Positions 25,701-46,463 of a stretch of 64,000 nucleotides of DNA are shown here, piece by piece. The stretch comes from Pecten maximus (taxonomy: Eukaryota), in contig NC_047019.1 in assembly GCF_902652985.1 (NCBI RefSeq), positions 3,100,001-3,164,000 of the forward strand, given 5' to 3'. The notes beneath the pieces were generated by a model. The model made no database searches, was not told the DNA's origin, and saw only the letters and a list, made by a program, of their open reading frames with translations. Numbering within the stretch: the first letter of the stretch is position 1; every line of letters begins with the position of its first letter. Position numbers and translations under genes: made by a program.

Positions 25701-28352
25701 TGTTCAGAATATCAATATTCACTAGTAGTCAATCAGGTTTAATCTAACCATACAATTGGGAATGTATAATAGCCAGTTACATATCACTCCAGGTCAATTT
25801 CAAACATTTTAATCGGCAAATTAATATTCAAGTGGAAAATATAAACTAATATCTTAAAAGCCTCTTCTAAGCTGGAAATTTACCAGTTTTCTATAAATAA
25901 TTTTTCAAATTTAGACCTTTTTTATGTTTTATTTTTGAGAATTTGACATTCCTAGCAAATGAAACTTTCGTTAGATACAAACAAAATTAAGTAGTTGTAA
26001 AAGTGACACCTACTTCCCAACAATTTATGTAAAGTGCCTTTATCCTCTTCTTCACTGTCTATATCCAAAGCTGCCGCATCATCACCATTTAATGTCATAA
26101 ATTCCTCTCTCAGTCTCTGAAAAACACAGCACCACAAAATGTAAAGATACAGCAAGAAATTATTAAAACATAAATATATTTTTATTGCTTCGATTTCTCC
26201 AATGGACAGAAATTGCAATTCTAGCAACAAAATGATTTCTTTACTATTTATATAACTGATCTTCAGTCCGTGATGCACAAGTTGAAACAGACAAGTTATG
26301 AAAAACAGCAGTTATTATTTTTTAATGGGAAGGAAGAACCCGCACAGGCAAAAATGTATTTAAAACCCCTACTACCAGAGTGTGGGCTAATAAAAAATAC
26401 AAATTCTGTTGATCTTATTTTTTTTTCAATTTTTAACCCCATTCTAATTAACTGATTTCAAGAGAGTTCCATGCTACAACATCTTCCATCCATTCAAATA
26501 TACCGAAGTTATTAAATCTTCAAGGCGCTCATCTTCATTAGGTTGAGAAAATAACAGTCCTAGTTATAAAGTATTTACCCTGATTTTTTCATCAGTCTCT
26601 TCCTCAGACCGTTTCTGTGGTCGATCCTTTGAGCTGGAGTTTTCTTCCTTAGCTTTCAATATTTCTTCTTTCTCTTTCAACCTTTCTTTCTTCAGCTGTT
26701 TGGCTAATCTTTTGCTTTGACTGGATTTCTTGATTTTGAAAACATCCCCATCTGTATGAACAAAGAGGTTATGAGAGCTATTGTGTTGGAATTATCGTTC
26801 GCTTGAATCATTTTATGATTGTACACAAATATGACATGAAACATTGTGTAATCATGTGACCTTTCAACACATACACATTATGAATTAAAATGAGAAATTT
26901 GGACAGTTTCAGGTAAAGTAGTGAAAAGTGAGCTAATCTGATTTGTATTAATAGGGAACAATATATTGCCATCACTCTTATTTCCATAAACAAGGACAAA
27001 AAGGAGGAATTTGACAATGATTCATTGATTGTGTAATTTGTAGCAAGTGATATGATTATATGATTTTTCCTTGATGTGGGTTGTAGTTGCTATGCAGTGC
27101 CATTTAATAAACGTTATTTTAGATGTCTGAAGTAAGTTGGGATTATGGATAAATATCGTCTTGCATGAAGATGCAATTGTTAACCTTGTCAATATCAACC
27201 CATATTATTATCAGAACCCCGGCCAATATGAAGATGTTGTTTACCAACATCTTTTAAATCCAATGGACTATTTAGCTATGTTTTTTTCATTAGTCCTTGC
27301 TGAAATCACAGTAAACCTAGTGTACAAGTTACAAGCAGTGGGAGATCCAGCGTCTGTGAAGGTAGTAAGGGTACGGTTCTGATGACGACATGCCTTAGTG
27401 TCGAAACGAGTCAACATTTGGATTAAACTTAAAGCCAAGAAACCAAGCTAGACGTTGCTATGGTCATTTTTTTTTTTTTACTTGAAGTGCTCAAGTGTTA
27501 CCATAGATCCCTTTCATGTGATGTCAAAGGGTGAGGATTAAGGCAAAAAATACCTACATTATGAGTAGTGTAGGTATCCGAGGTATGTATATACCATTTA
27601 TAACTACTTCCTAGCTCTATAAATGTATGCTATCCATGAGTATTATCCTTAAGCCGCTGCAAATTCATTTTCCTTCAAAATTATAATTTAGAATCGGTTA
27701 ATTCTCCAGGAAAGCTTGACTGCAGTTTTCGAGGTTTTAAATACATTTTTTTTTTTTAAATAAAGAAGTTACAGTATTGCATTCACGTGCACCCTATTTT
27801 TTCACTACATACTTAATTAAACCGGTATCATAATACATCACTGACTACGCTCCAATACATGGCTACTTGATTCCTGGTTTACATTTTCAAACACTCGACA
27901 ATTTTTTTTAAATTCGTAGGCTATACTTTTCATGTACTGTAGTTAATTTTTTGGAACAGAATTAACTACGTGGGTGCCGAATTAACGTTCAAATACAGAA
28001 ATTTCGGTACCACATGCCAACACTCATTCAGCTTAAATATCTGTATTTTGTTATGTCTCAATCTTCAAAAGACAATCATGTACACAACAAACATTACAAC
28101 AAGCCAAAACGTTGGCCTACCGTCGAAGTCATGGTCGTCTTCAAAACTGAGAAGTTTCGAGGACTCTTTTTTGTCTTTCTTCTTCTTTTTCTTTTTTACT
28201 GGTTTCTCGATTGTTTCGAAAGCATTCTTCTCTTCTTCTATCTCCATGACCATGTCATCATCTTGTTGTTCATTTTGATTGTCTTCGGGGTCGCTTTCGT
28301 CGGCAACCTTTCTCCTGAAATTCCGCCATGGCTTCTTAGATGTAGCCGCCAT
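11278..28352 (-). CDS. PAXBP1: PAX3/PAX7-binding protein 1 / GC-rich sequence DNA-binding factor (GCFC family), complete, 19 exons, about 829 aa
   Basis: Exons 28352-28121, 26751-26579, 26116-26014, 25656-25527, 24746-24631, 23886-23822, 23370-23189, 22389-22200, 19962-19845, 17908-17833, 16849-16737, 16401-16202, 15468-15318, 14747-14629, 13974-13898, 13684-13618, 13207-13061, 11816-11662, 11353-11278; total 2490 nt, all phases consistent. Motifs SKLLSFEDD, GEIPDANLIH, WEAQQIKKG, FFQEMRGYVRDLVECLNEK, HEGLSSDDEE, YSDAYIGLCLPKLFNP, WDPLSTTQT, LDDDVFMPLYPK, LDGLLNRYI. The exon 3 and exon 9 donors were chosen to fit phase. Confidence 0.95.
11855..11986 (+). repeat. 37-bp tandem repeat (about 3.5 copies)
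   Basis: ACACAGTAACACCAGTCTAATATCAAGTTTTTCTATA repeated. Confidence 0.85.
12300..12480 (-). mobile_element. Degraded SINE, family B
   Basis: Resembles 55100-55333 (GGCCGGATGGAAGC...TTACTGTGGGAGGAAAC). Confidence 0.6.
12497..13077 (-). repeat. 37-bp minisatellite (about 15 copies) made of the PAXBP1 exon 17 end plus its 5' splice site
   Basis: Minus-strand unit ACAGAAATGTCACTCG|GTGAGTCTCATAAGTAACTTT; the first copy is the real junction at 13061/13060. Confidence 0.96.
14430..14611. mobile_element. MITE, Tc1/mariner-type (182 bp)
   Basis: TA|CAGTGAAACCTGA...TCAGGTTTCACTG|TA inverted termini with TA duplication. Confidence 0.85.
14886..14998 (-). mobile_element. 5'-truncated SINE, family A
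   Basis: Matches the 3' half of 25255-25476 (GTCCTTAAATGAC..GCTGTT tail plus AAACC repeats). Confidence 0.8.
16974..17332 (+). mobile_element. hAT-like MITE, copy 1
   Basis: Termini CAGGTATTTCCTAC / GGAGGAAAATCCCTG; imperfect 8-bp flanking repeat ATCACCCC/ATCCCACC; inverted copy at 20272-20624. Confidence 0.8.
17565..17829 (+). repeat. 45-46-bp minisatellite (about 6 copies) abutting the PAXBP1 exon 10 donor
   Basis: TACATGACCTTGTGTTAAATAGATTACAAATATTCCTATGACC repeated. Confidence 0.9.
19593..19800 (+). repeat. 49-bp tandem repeat (about 4 copies)
   Basis: GGAAAAGTTTGATGACAATATAGAGCCCTAAGGTGGTATGTACTTTATA repeated. Confidence 0.9.
20272..20624 (-). mobile_element. hAT-like MITE, copy 2 (inverted relative to copy 1)
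   Basis: AGGGATTTTCCTAC...GTAGGAAAATCCCTG termini; reverse complement of 16974-17332 over its full length. Confidence 0.8.
23962..24076 (+). repeat. About 25-bp tandem repeat
   Basis: ATATTGATAAGGTCTATACACAAA x4-5. Confidence 0.85.
25255..25476 (+). mobile_element. Full-length tRNA-derived SINE, family A
   Basis: A box TGGCTGAGTGGTTAAG, B-box-like AATTCGAAGCC, AACC tail; 14-bp target site duplication CTGCCAGCTGTGTT at 25241-25254 and 25477-25490. Confidence 0.92.
27100..27445 (+). mobile_element. 3' remnant of a Penelope-like retroelement
   Basis: Decayed peptide EDAI...NPGQYEDVVYQHLL resembles the end of PLE GIY-YIG domains (KEAI...NRDxGxY...YxHLL) and is followed by a minimal hammerhead motif. 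Confidence 0.55.
27376..27415 (+). ncRNA. Minimal type-I hammerhead ribozyme motif
   Basis: GTT-CTGATGA-C-GACA(tgccttag)TGTC-GAAA-CGA-GTC-AAC: both core boxes, stem II GACA/TGTC, near-palindromic stem III ACGAGT, GUC cleavage triplet (after 27412), stem I GTT/AAC. Confidence 0.7.
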
Positions 28353-28520
28353 TTTGCTTGTGGAAGAAACCTTGATAAGTTTACGCCCTTAACTAGCCGA
28401 ACACCACAGGAAAAGATAACGACGCTTTACCTCAGGTTCCGCAAAGGTGAACTTACCGGTGTTATGGCAAACAATGTCCCGGATAACATTATCCACGGTT
28501 GTACTAAACAACTGAAAGCC
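28345..28520 (-). promoter_or_regulatory. Probable PAXBP1 core promoter / 5' UTR
   Basis: YY1-type CGCCATTTTG overlapping the ATG (28347-28356) and a locally CpG-richer stretch upstream. Confidence 0.4.
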
Positions 28521-29529
28521 AGTTTTATCGACAAACAAAAAATAAACAAAAGGTGCCTGGGCTATATTAAAGAATTAATGATTTCACGTCGATTTTTTAA
28601 ACTTAGACTTGTGCATGTTATTTTTTAATATTATTATTGAATAAAATACTGAAAAAATGTGATATATTTATAATGTACTTTTCACTGCTTGGTAATGAGA
28701 GAACAAGTTTAACTCACTTCAAAAAAAAAGAATGAAACAAATTATGCTGAACATATTTGGTGACTTATTTCAAACATACATTGTACTTTATAATTCCAAT
28801 TGCACGATAAAGGATCTGCAACATGCAGATATTCTGGCTTTAACCAAAATAAAAGGCATAATGTATTATATAGTAACCAGTAATTTCAAAAATCCGTCAT
28901 AGACCCTATATAAAGCTATTTTGTTAGCAGGAAAACCAGCTTTAATTGATATATATATATAGATGCTGTTTATAAAGGGATGAGTTTGTCAAACAGTCAA
29001 TACATTTGCTTTTTGGATTTTTGGATTTCAATTTTGAATAACTAGATAATCTCTATCATAGAAATTTCAAATGGTCAGTATAAATTGTATGACTGGTCAA
29101 AATCTGTCATGAGCAAACTATACAAATGATCAAAGTTATGCTTGGAATTCATACTCAGATAGGGTATAAAGTCCAGGCTTCAACAGTGTGTAAGGATTAA
29201 AGTGTTATGTACATGTATACTAGTGACCCTTCTCCCCTAATTTGCCCCCTCCATATATATTTGCCCCTACTCCCTTAATTTGGCCCCTCTATATATATAT
29301 ATAATTTGCCCTACTCCCGTAATTTGGCCCCCTCTATATATTTGACCCTATTCCTCAATCCTTATGTTAAATAGTCTGTAATGTCATTTGTAAAATATTC
29401 CAGCACAAAAACAAAACTACATTTTTAAAACCAATCTTTTAGAAAGTGAAACCCAATCATCAATGCATTTCCCCTAATTATGGCCTCGTGACATGTTTAC
29501 TTTTGGCGTACTATTTGTTACATTTCAGG

Positions 29530-29651
29530 CTAAATTTGGTTAACATCGATATCTCTTCAGTAATTTTGAACTAAATTTGGTAAACATCGATATCTCTTCA
29601 GTAATTTTGAACTAAATCTTGTTAACATTGATATCTCTTCAGTAATTTTGA
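29530..29651 (+). repeat. About 41-bp tandem repeat x3
   Basis: CTAAATTTGGTTAACATCGATATCTCTTCAGTAATTTTGAA repeated. Confidence 0.85.
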
Positions 29652-31817
29652 AGTACATGTAGTAAAAATGAGTTCCCTTTGCATAAAGACTCCTTGTGTT
29701 TTTAAATCTACGAAACTAAAATCAAATCAGCCATATACTTCAGGATGATTTTAAAGGAAAATGTATGTATAATTAAAGGTGCTTTCCTCCTCCAAATCAA
29801 AAATATAAATATACTAAAACTGTTTTGGCAAATAACTTTATTCACGTTTTCATTACATAAAATATTGAATTTATATACAAAGCAACAATGTATACTCAAG
29901 GCTGTACAATAAACACATATGTATGTATTGTATACAATCACATAAATATTTTACAATATAATTATATAACGAAAACATTAAATTAAATAATACGCTCAGA
30001 CTATCAGATTACAAGGCCTTTAATCAAATGCTAGGCATAACAAGCCAAAAATGAATGAACTTCTACCAGACGGAGACCTACATATTGAACCTAGAAAGCA
30101 TGATTGTATTAGGAGTCAATGTCTATAAAAATTCACCTTCAAAATCCATGGGTTCCATTCTCACTGTATTTTCCCTGTAAAATTATTTTCCTTGCACCTT
30201 ATTTTCCCTGGACTCTTTGAATAAGTGGCCAAATGAAATGCTTATAGATAGCTGTTTGATTTGTTACGGCCATGAAAAACTGACCAATCACAATGTTGAT
30301 ACCCTCTGTTTAAAGACTACAGGGATTATTGTTCATGGAAAGCCATGCAATAAGCATTTATTATAATGAAGCTGGTGTATAGTGATTTGATTTTGTCATA
30401 ACCAAGGAAGCAGCAAAGGTACGAGTGGAACCCTTGGATTTTCAAAGTAACTAGATGTTAAAAACAGATCAATATCTATCTACAGACCTATCTCTCATCT
30501 CTATTTCTGGAACAAACTGTTTCCATGAAAACTGCCTTCAGGAAATATATTACTACATACATTTTGTGCCTCTCAACTTTCCTAAAATGGTCGATATTAT
30601 CATTATACAGAATAGCCATTTTAATACTCCATTTCAGATTTCTTCTTTCCAGTTGACTTTTAACCCATTTCTCTGATGATTTTAAAAGAAGAAAATGAAA
30701 AAGAAATGACATGACCACAATCTGACTGTAAAACTTTACAAATGTAAGTGGTAATGTATATATAATTTTATTAAAAATAGTTTTTCTTAAACAGGGCATC
30801 AAGTTGACCCTTGATTTTTTTAGCAATTTCAGAACTTAAATAACTACCATAGCTAGGTCACAGGAATCTGAAGGGACAAAAAATGTCAAATATCCCTTCA
30901 ATTCCACATGAGTCAGATATTATATCATTTTGGGGAGTCCAAACCATATACATGTACTCTCAAAAGTCAACTAGATGCCCTGATAATAATTCACACAGGT
31001 GTGCTACCTGTTCAGATTTTTCTGTACTTTCCACAAACGTAATACTTCAATAACGCTCTCCAATAAATCGGACCATTAAATGAATCTCCGTGTTGGATGC
31101 ACAGTTTTTACGCACACATATACGTTACTTCAATAAAGTTAACAGAAATATGACAGGTATGCAATACCTGTTCACAAAAACAATTTGATTTAAATAATAT
31201 CACCAAATCTGTACTTGTTCACAAAAAACTGATTTAAACAATATCATCAAAGTTCTATAAATAATCAAGCCTTATTGTTACACAAGTTTACAATAGTTGA
31301 TTGCTAAAATATGAAATTGCTTCATGAAATGAAATATACAAAATACTTCATCTATAATGATATATATACATAATGTATATGAAGAGATGCGAGAACAGTT
31401 CCTCCATGTTAACATATAAAATATTAAGTAAAAATCACCTTTTTATTCATTTTTTTTATTCAACATCTTTTTTTCACAGTTAACTGTATATCTTAGTTAT
31501 TCTATCAACAATGGAGTTTTCCCTTCGAAAAACGTCGATTTATTTAACTGAATACATACCCAAACTGCAGGTATAAAACAGTAGCACTTACATTCTCATA
31601 TAATAGAGTTATTTCCCTTTGTCAACAAGATTTTTAGCATACCATTAATAGTAAAGGAAATTCCAATGATACCCTTCTAACAATTTGGTTTTTCTAAAAT
31701 ACATACTTCTAGAATTTATGCCAAGGTGGATTTGAATTATAAAATGGCACAATTCATAAGAAGCTCACAAGAAATATTTCTAAAAAAATTCTACAAGCTT
31801 ACTTAGAGTAAACAGTA

Positions 31818-32485
31818 GTGCTCTGTTGAACATTTCCAGTGTTATACTCTGTTTAACATTTACAGTGTTATCCCCTGTATATTATTTCTAGTGTTATTCT
31901 CTGTTGAACATTTCCAATGTTGTATATGCTCTGTTGAACATTTCCAGTGTTATATATGCTCTGTTGAACATTTCCAGTGTTATGATAATTAGAACATTTT
32001 CAATGTTATGCTCTGTTCAACATCTCAAGTACAAGTGTTATGCTCTGTTGAACATTTTCACTGTTATTCCCCATAGAACATTTCCACTGTTTATGCTCTG
32101 TTGAACATTTCCAGTACTAGTGTTATGCTCTGTTGACCATTTCTAATGTTATGCTCTGTTGAAAATTTCCAGTGTTATGATAATTAGAACATTTCCAATG
32201 TTATGCTCTGTTCAACATCTCCAGTACAAGTGTTATGCTCTGTTGAACATTTTCACTGTTATTTCCCATAGAACATTTCCACTGTTTATGCTCTGTTGAA
32301 CATTTCCAGTACTAGTGTTATGCTCTGTTGACCATTTCCAATGTTATGCTCTGTTGACCATTTCCAGTGTTAATGATAATTAGAACATTTCCAATGTTAT
32401 GCTCTGTTGACCATTTCCAATGTTATGCCCCATAGAATATTTTCAGTCTTATGCTCCATAGAACATTTCCAGTGTTTTTGCTCTT
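31818..32485 (+). repeat. About 26-bp minisatellite with a higher-order period (about 190 bp) in the TMEM50 3' region
   Basis: ATGCTCTGTTGAACATTTCCAGTGTT about 24 copies; the variant block at about 31980-32170 recurs at about 32175-32365. Confidence 0.92.
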
Positions 32486-32589
32486 TAAGTTGCTCTTTTG
32501 TAATGAATATTGTCTTTTGTCATCCTTATATTTAAGTAGATATAGATGAACGGGAATATTGCATTGGTACTTAATTCTTTTGTTGTTTT

Positions 32590-41581
<8,992 letters not shown>

Positions 41582-41935
41582 GATGGAGTAAAGAAAAACT
41601 GTTTCCACACAGCTCAAAATTCAGAAATGTCAGACTGTCTATTGACTGACAATCATGTGATGAGTGGCAAAGGAAACCGTGGTATATAATGCCCGGCCGG
41701 AACTAAATTATACCAATCGATTTGACCCGTCGGCAAGTTTATATTTTCGGCATACAGTTTATTGCCATACGGTAAAACATTCAAAGTTATATTAATATTC
41801 AATATTCTTAAATTATCATATAAAACCTCCATGCAATTTACATAATTATCACATTCAAAGACACAACGATTTCTTATCGGGACTGTTTATGAGGGTTTCA
41901 CGGAACAAATCATAATTCGATTAACTACACCTATG

Positions 41936-41983
41936 CAGAGACCTATATATATATACTAAAGTAGTATAGTATATAGGTCTCTG
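41936..41983. repeat. Short palindrome / mini-MITE upstream of TMEM50
   Basis: CAGAGACCTATATA...TATATAGGTCTCTG; a half copy lies at about 40448. Confidence 0.65.
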
Positions 41984-42119
41984 ACCAATGTCGTAATTAG
42001 TATGTATAATATTTGTCTTCATGTCACCAAAATTTAAGAAAAGTTGGATATTTATCTTCAGAAGATATGGATAAAATTTTCTCTAAAGTTGCCAAGGAAG
42101 GAGATGATCTAGTAGTTAG

Positions 42120-42680
42120 GTCCAGATCATTCCACATCTGAAGAGAGGAAGGTATAAAGGATCGAGAGGAAGTAAGATATTCTGTATTGGGGAATTCTAT
42201 AATTATTGTTAGTTCGTAGTGTGTACTTGTTAGTATCGAATACTTTTGAAGAAAGAAGACAATGGAGATAATTTCGTGTTAACTTCCTATCCATTTTATT
42301 AAAAAAAGACATAATTTTCTTCGTTTTCGTCTCTCAGAAATTGTCCCAAGGCTCGTTTCTGAATATAGAGCTGAAATATTTAGATGGTAAACCAGTTATG
42401 ATGCGAGCTGCCTCACGTTGGACTAATTCTGATTTCATAGAGTCAGATGTTGAACACCCATCCCAAAGTTCACATACATATTCTAAGATAGGTAGAAAAT
42501 GAAAGTTTTATAAATTTTAAGTAGAGCATCTCGTTTTAATATGTATTTTAATTTCTTTTGCATATTGATATTTTTCATAACTGACTGATATATAGAATTA
42601 ACATGATCCCCCCATTTAGCAGTTGAACTAAAAATAACCTCAATATTCTGGGTAACAGGTTGAATACATTTTTTTTCATT
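42120..42680 (-). mobile_element. LINE fragment (CR1/L2-group ORF2 C-terminal part), pseudogenised
   Basis: Minus-strand peptides KWGDHVNSIY..KKLKYILKRDALLKIYKTFI..LEYVCELWDGCS..VQREAARIITGLP, with frameshifts. Confidence 0.8.
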
Positions 42681-43079
42681 AACAGAAGCAGTTCTCAGCG
42701 TTTCGTCTCGCATTATTTAAAATAATAAGACAGTCCCGCATTGATAACATTAAAAATAATCTTCAAATGTTTAACATACATTAAACATGTACATAAAGCA
42801 TTAATTAATATGCATGGCATGATACACACATTCAACCATTATCATACTAGGTCAACATCTAATACAATTAGATAACAATAGGGCCATATAATATAATGTC
42901 CCTGATAACAAGTAACAACCAAAGGAAAAAAGAACAAATAAAAGAAAGAAAAACATAGAAAAAAAGTAATGATAAGATTGTTTGTTTTAAGCTTTTTAAA
43001 ATACAATCAGAATTGAATGAAATATTTGACAAAGGAAGAACAAATGGAAATAAGAAAAGAGTGAGATTTTTTCTTTGTT

Positions 43080-45060
43080 TTTAGATTTTTCAAGTAGTCT
43101 TTCCAATTTGGCCAATTCTCTTCTAAACTGATTGAAAGAGTTGCCTCCCTTACCTCTGGCAATCAATTTCTGATATATGTTTTTAAGGCTACTATGTCAG
43201 GTCATTCTGAAGGCACCTTGATGGTTAAGAGCATCACATTATCAGCTTTCCTATATATGCCAATATCAGCCAAACCAAAAAGAATTTATCTGTTTATTAA
43301 ATTCAAATGTGATAAGCGGATTATTTAACAAATTTTCTAAAAGTTTGCATTTTCTCACAATTCCATAATGTGTGTTCAATTGTTTCAATTCAGTTTTGCA
43401 AATATAACATAAAGGACAAGTGGATAACCTCACTTTAAATAAATCTGAATTTGTCGGCAAAATATGGTGATTAATCCTAAATTGAAACGACTCTAACTTA
43501 GTGTTTTCAGTAACAGAAAGAGGAAAGCTTAAAAAATATCATCCGAATAAAAATGTTTCTCACATTTGTTTACCAATTTTAATTATATCATATTTATAAA
43601 TTATGTCATAGAAATCGTTAGTACTATGTACCTTTCTTGTTTTCATAAAAAATACTCTATTTCTTGGATGGATTTTCTATTTTTGGATGGATCAAGCCAT
43701 GTTGAATGCAATCTTCCTAAATAGCTGTTATAATACCTTGATATTTAAGAAATAATTAACGATGATTCGTGTATTATTGCAGGATATACAACGAGGACGA
43801 GGATATTTTGCAATTTAATTAATAACGAAGGCGGCCTTCGTTATTAATTAAAATTGCAAAATATCCTCGTCCTCGTTGTATATCCTGCAACAATACACGA
43901 GTCAAAGTTGATTATTTCTATTCTACCATGTACTGTTTAGTTCTGAGATCGACCTCTTTCTAATAGAAAAACAGCAAAGAAACCCCGGAAAAACCTCATA
44001 ATTTATTTCTTGAGTATTGTATTATTTGTTGATGAAATATACAGGCAATACAGTACTATGATCAAGAGCATCTATCATATGGCATTGATTTTGAAAATTA
44101 AAAAAAAAAGGGATAAAAAAGAAAAAGAAAAAAGAGGGGCTCCGCAGGATTCGAACTCGCGACGTGATAAAAATATATTGAAAAACTAACTCATTAGCCC
44201 ACTCGGCTATAGTAACCTTTTAAGAAACGGGTGAATATTAGATATTTAAAATTGTAACAGCCGTGACTCGCGACCGTGTATTATTGGCACGAGCGTGGGT
44301 TATTGGAAAATAATACATAGTTTTAAACCAATCAAAACTGGCGTTACATAGCAAACATGGTAGAATGTAAGATAATGTTGGAACACAATATTTTCCTCTG
44401 AAATCCAAAAAATTAAGGAAATTATCAAGTCATTAACTACTACTACTCCCTTTCTGTACCAATTTTTGCATAAAATAAAAAAACAAAAAACAAAAAACAA
44501 AACTTTTCATTATACCATAAAGGCATGTTCGAGATGGATTTTATTCAAGATATTTTTTCTTCTGATTTATCTTTCCAAAACATATTTTGGAGGTTGATAA
44601 TATGTTCCTGAATGGGAGTTTAATGAATCTATAGGTTTTAATTTTTTATAAAAGTGTTATCTGGATTTGGAAGAGAGATAAACAGGTAATTAAACTGAGA
44701 AATCAATAAAGATTTTATCATATTTATCCTTCCTACAGGTGTAAGACTTCTCATATTCTTAATGATTTAAGTTCTACTAGTTTTTTTTAATCAAAATTCA
44801 AGTTTGGGATACGATAGTTCAACATGAAATTCAATTCCAAGAATAGTAAATTTTTGTTTGCCCCTATTGCAAATTCCAGTCTTTAGTCAAAACTTCCTTG
44901 CTATGTTTTTCAATTTCCAATCCAAACTTATTGTGTTTTTCCAAGATTCATTTAAACCGAGATTTAAAAGAATCTTATTCTTTAATTGATTCTTGCAGTG
45001 ATAATTCTGATCCATAAAGAATTAGAGATGTGTCACCAACATACCGAGAAAGTAGAATAG
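43080..45060 (-). mobile_element. LINE fragment (L1/Tx1-group ORF2), pseudogenised and interrupted by an insertion
   Basis: Decayed YADD box (SRYVGDTSLIL, about 45020-45050), FTILGI, LTPVGRINMIKSLLISQFNYLFISLPNP, and zf-RVT-like FRINHHILPTN..CPLCYICK. Confidence 0.8.
43745..44387. mobile_element. Non-autonomous element with a 134-bp palindrome and an internal tRNA-like segment (Crypton-like?)
   Basis: Near-perfect inverted repeat 43767-43900; second IR pair ATTCTACCATGT (about 43920) / ACATGGTAGAAT (about 44375); minus-strand A/B boxes at 44138-44211. Confidence 0.6.
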
Positions 45061-46385
45061 GGCGATCATGTTCAGTTACTTTTACTCATTTTATGTTTTT
45101 GTTATGTTTTAAATTGCTGAAATTTCAGAACAAAGGATAAAGACGAAGGGCGCGATTGGGTCGCCTTGACGACAACCCCTTTTTCTCTCAAAGAATTATG
45201 ATGATTCCCACAATGGTTAATTGTAGAATTAGATGGGGGGTTTTTTTTTTGGTTTTTTTTTTATGTCTGAATCCATTTTTTTATACTTTGCCCAAATTTA
45301 AAAAAATCAAATACTTCATTTATAAATGTCCAAGAAACTGAATCAAATGCGTTCTCAAAAAACTATCGTAAGTAACATTCCTCGTTAGTTAATTTCTTCC
45401 AATAAACTGCATTATATCATTCATGTGACAATTTCCCAAACTGACCAGAAAAAAAACCTCACCGTCATTCAGGAAGCATTATACGTCAGTATTTGACCTA
45501 ATTAGTCATATTTCGTTTTCATGGATGTGGGGACCAATTCCTTTAAAATCTGAGTTCCAAGTCACTTTTGCAGAAATATTTTCAAAATAACATCGTAAAT
45601 CAAATTTTATATACCACTGTATCACAGCAACATAGCTGTCTTAAAGTGGTTCACAAATTATTATCTATAGTTATTTGGCTTTTAGTTACCAGAAAGTGTC
45701 TTTCTCGACTCCATGGGAAGCATACAGCCGGAGCTGCCATTTTGGCGCTAACAGTGTGCACACGGCATTTCTTGCATTGCCCTACCACGTGATCATTTAC
45801 AGCTGGGTTGACTGGAACACAACAGAATAAAGTATCTTGTTCAAGGATACAACACAGCGCCCGTACTGAAAGCATAGCTATAGAAAATTTGTAGAAACAA
45901 TGCAGAAAAAATGAGAGTCACGTACTGTATATAAATTTGATGTTGTTTGTCTATATTATTGTCGGGTGAAAATATGAGGAATTAAAACGTAATGATTATC
46001 TTACTTTTCCCATTACAGCTCGGCAAAAATGGCGGTATTGTAGATTTTATTTGATCACTGTTATATATATTTTTTCTTTTCAGCAACATTAAAGGCAAAA
46101 CTATAAAGTTATCCCCGGTAAAACGAAATGTTTGAGAGTTATATTTTAAAATACATGATTTATACAAAGAATTTTCATTATTTTTATGCAAAGCTATGTC
46201 TAAAACCTTTCCTGAACTTTTGACCGAAACTGTGAAATTATCCTCTGGTTAACCCCGAATATCCCAGTGTAGACAATTCAGAAGTTACGTAACTGATACA
46301 GGTGATTGTTGTGAGGTCATTTTTACCAATAACCGGCCGATATGAAGTAGGACAAGGCCGTCACTGATGTAGGTGATAAGCTCCT

Positions 46386-46399
46386 CTATATATATATAC
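46386..46399 (+). promoter_or_regulatory. Possible TATA box of the oxygenase gene
   Basis: (TA)n run about 70 bp upstream of ATG 46464; could be a simple microsatellite. Confidence 0.35.
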
Positions 46400-46463
46400 T
46401 TGTAATTGCAGAAATGAAATTGATTACAAGGCGCAGACACAGCAGTATCACTCTCCTTTGGTC

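Noticed and set aside
28014-28628. 204-aa plus-strand ORF
   Set aside because: Antisense shadow of the K/E/D-rich PAXBP1 exon 1; low-complexity F/L peptide with no recognisable motif.
29700-31800. Short ORFs between PAXBP1 and TMEM50, and most other 60-110 aa ORFs in the track
   Set aside because: AT-rich, biased composition, many non-ATG starts, and no splice-consistent homology; expected by chance.
42685-42745. Second hammerhead on the minus strand (GTCT...AGACGAAACGC)
   Set aside because: The CUGANGA core is missing.
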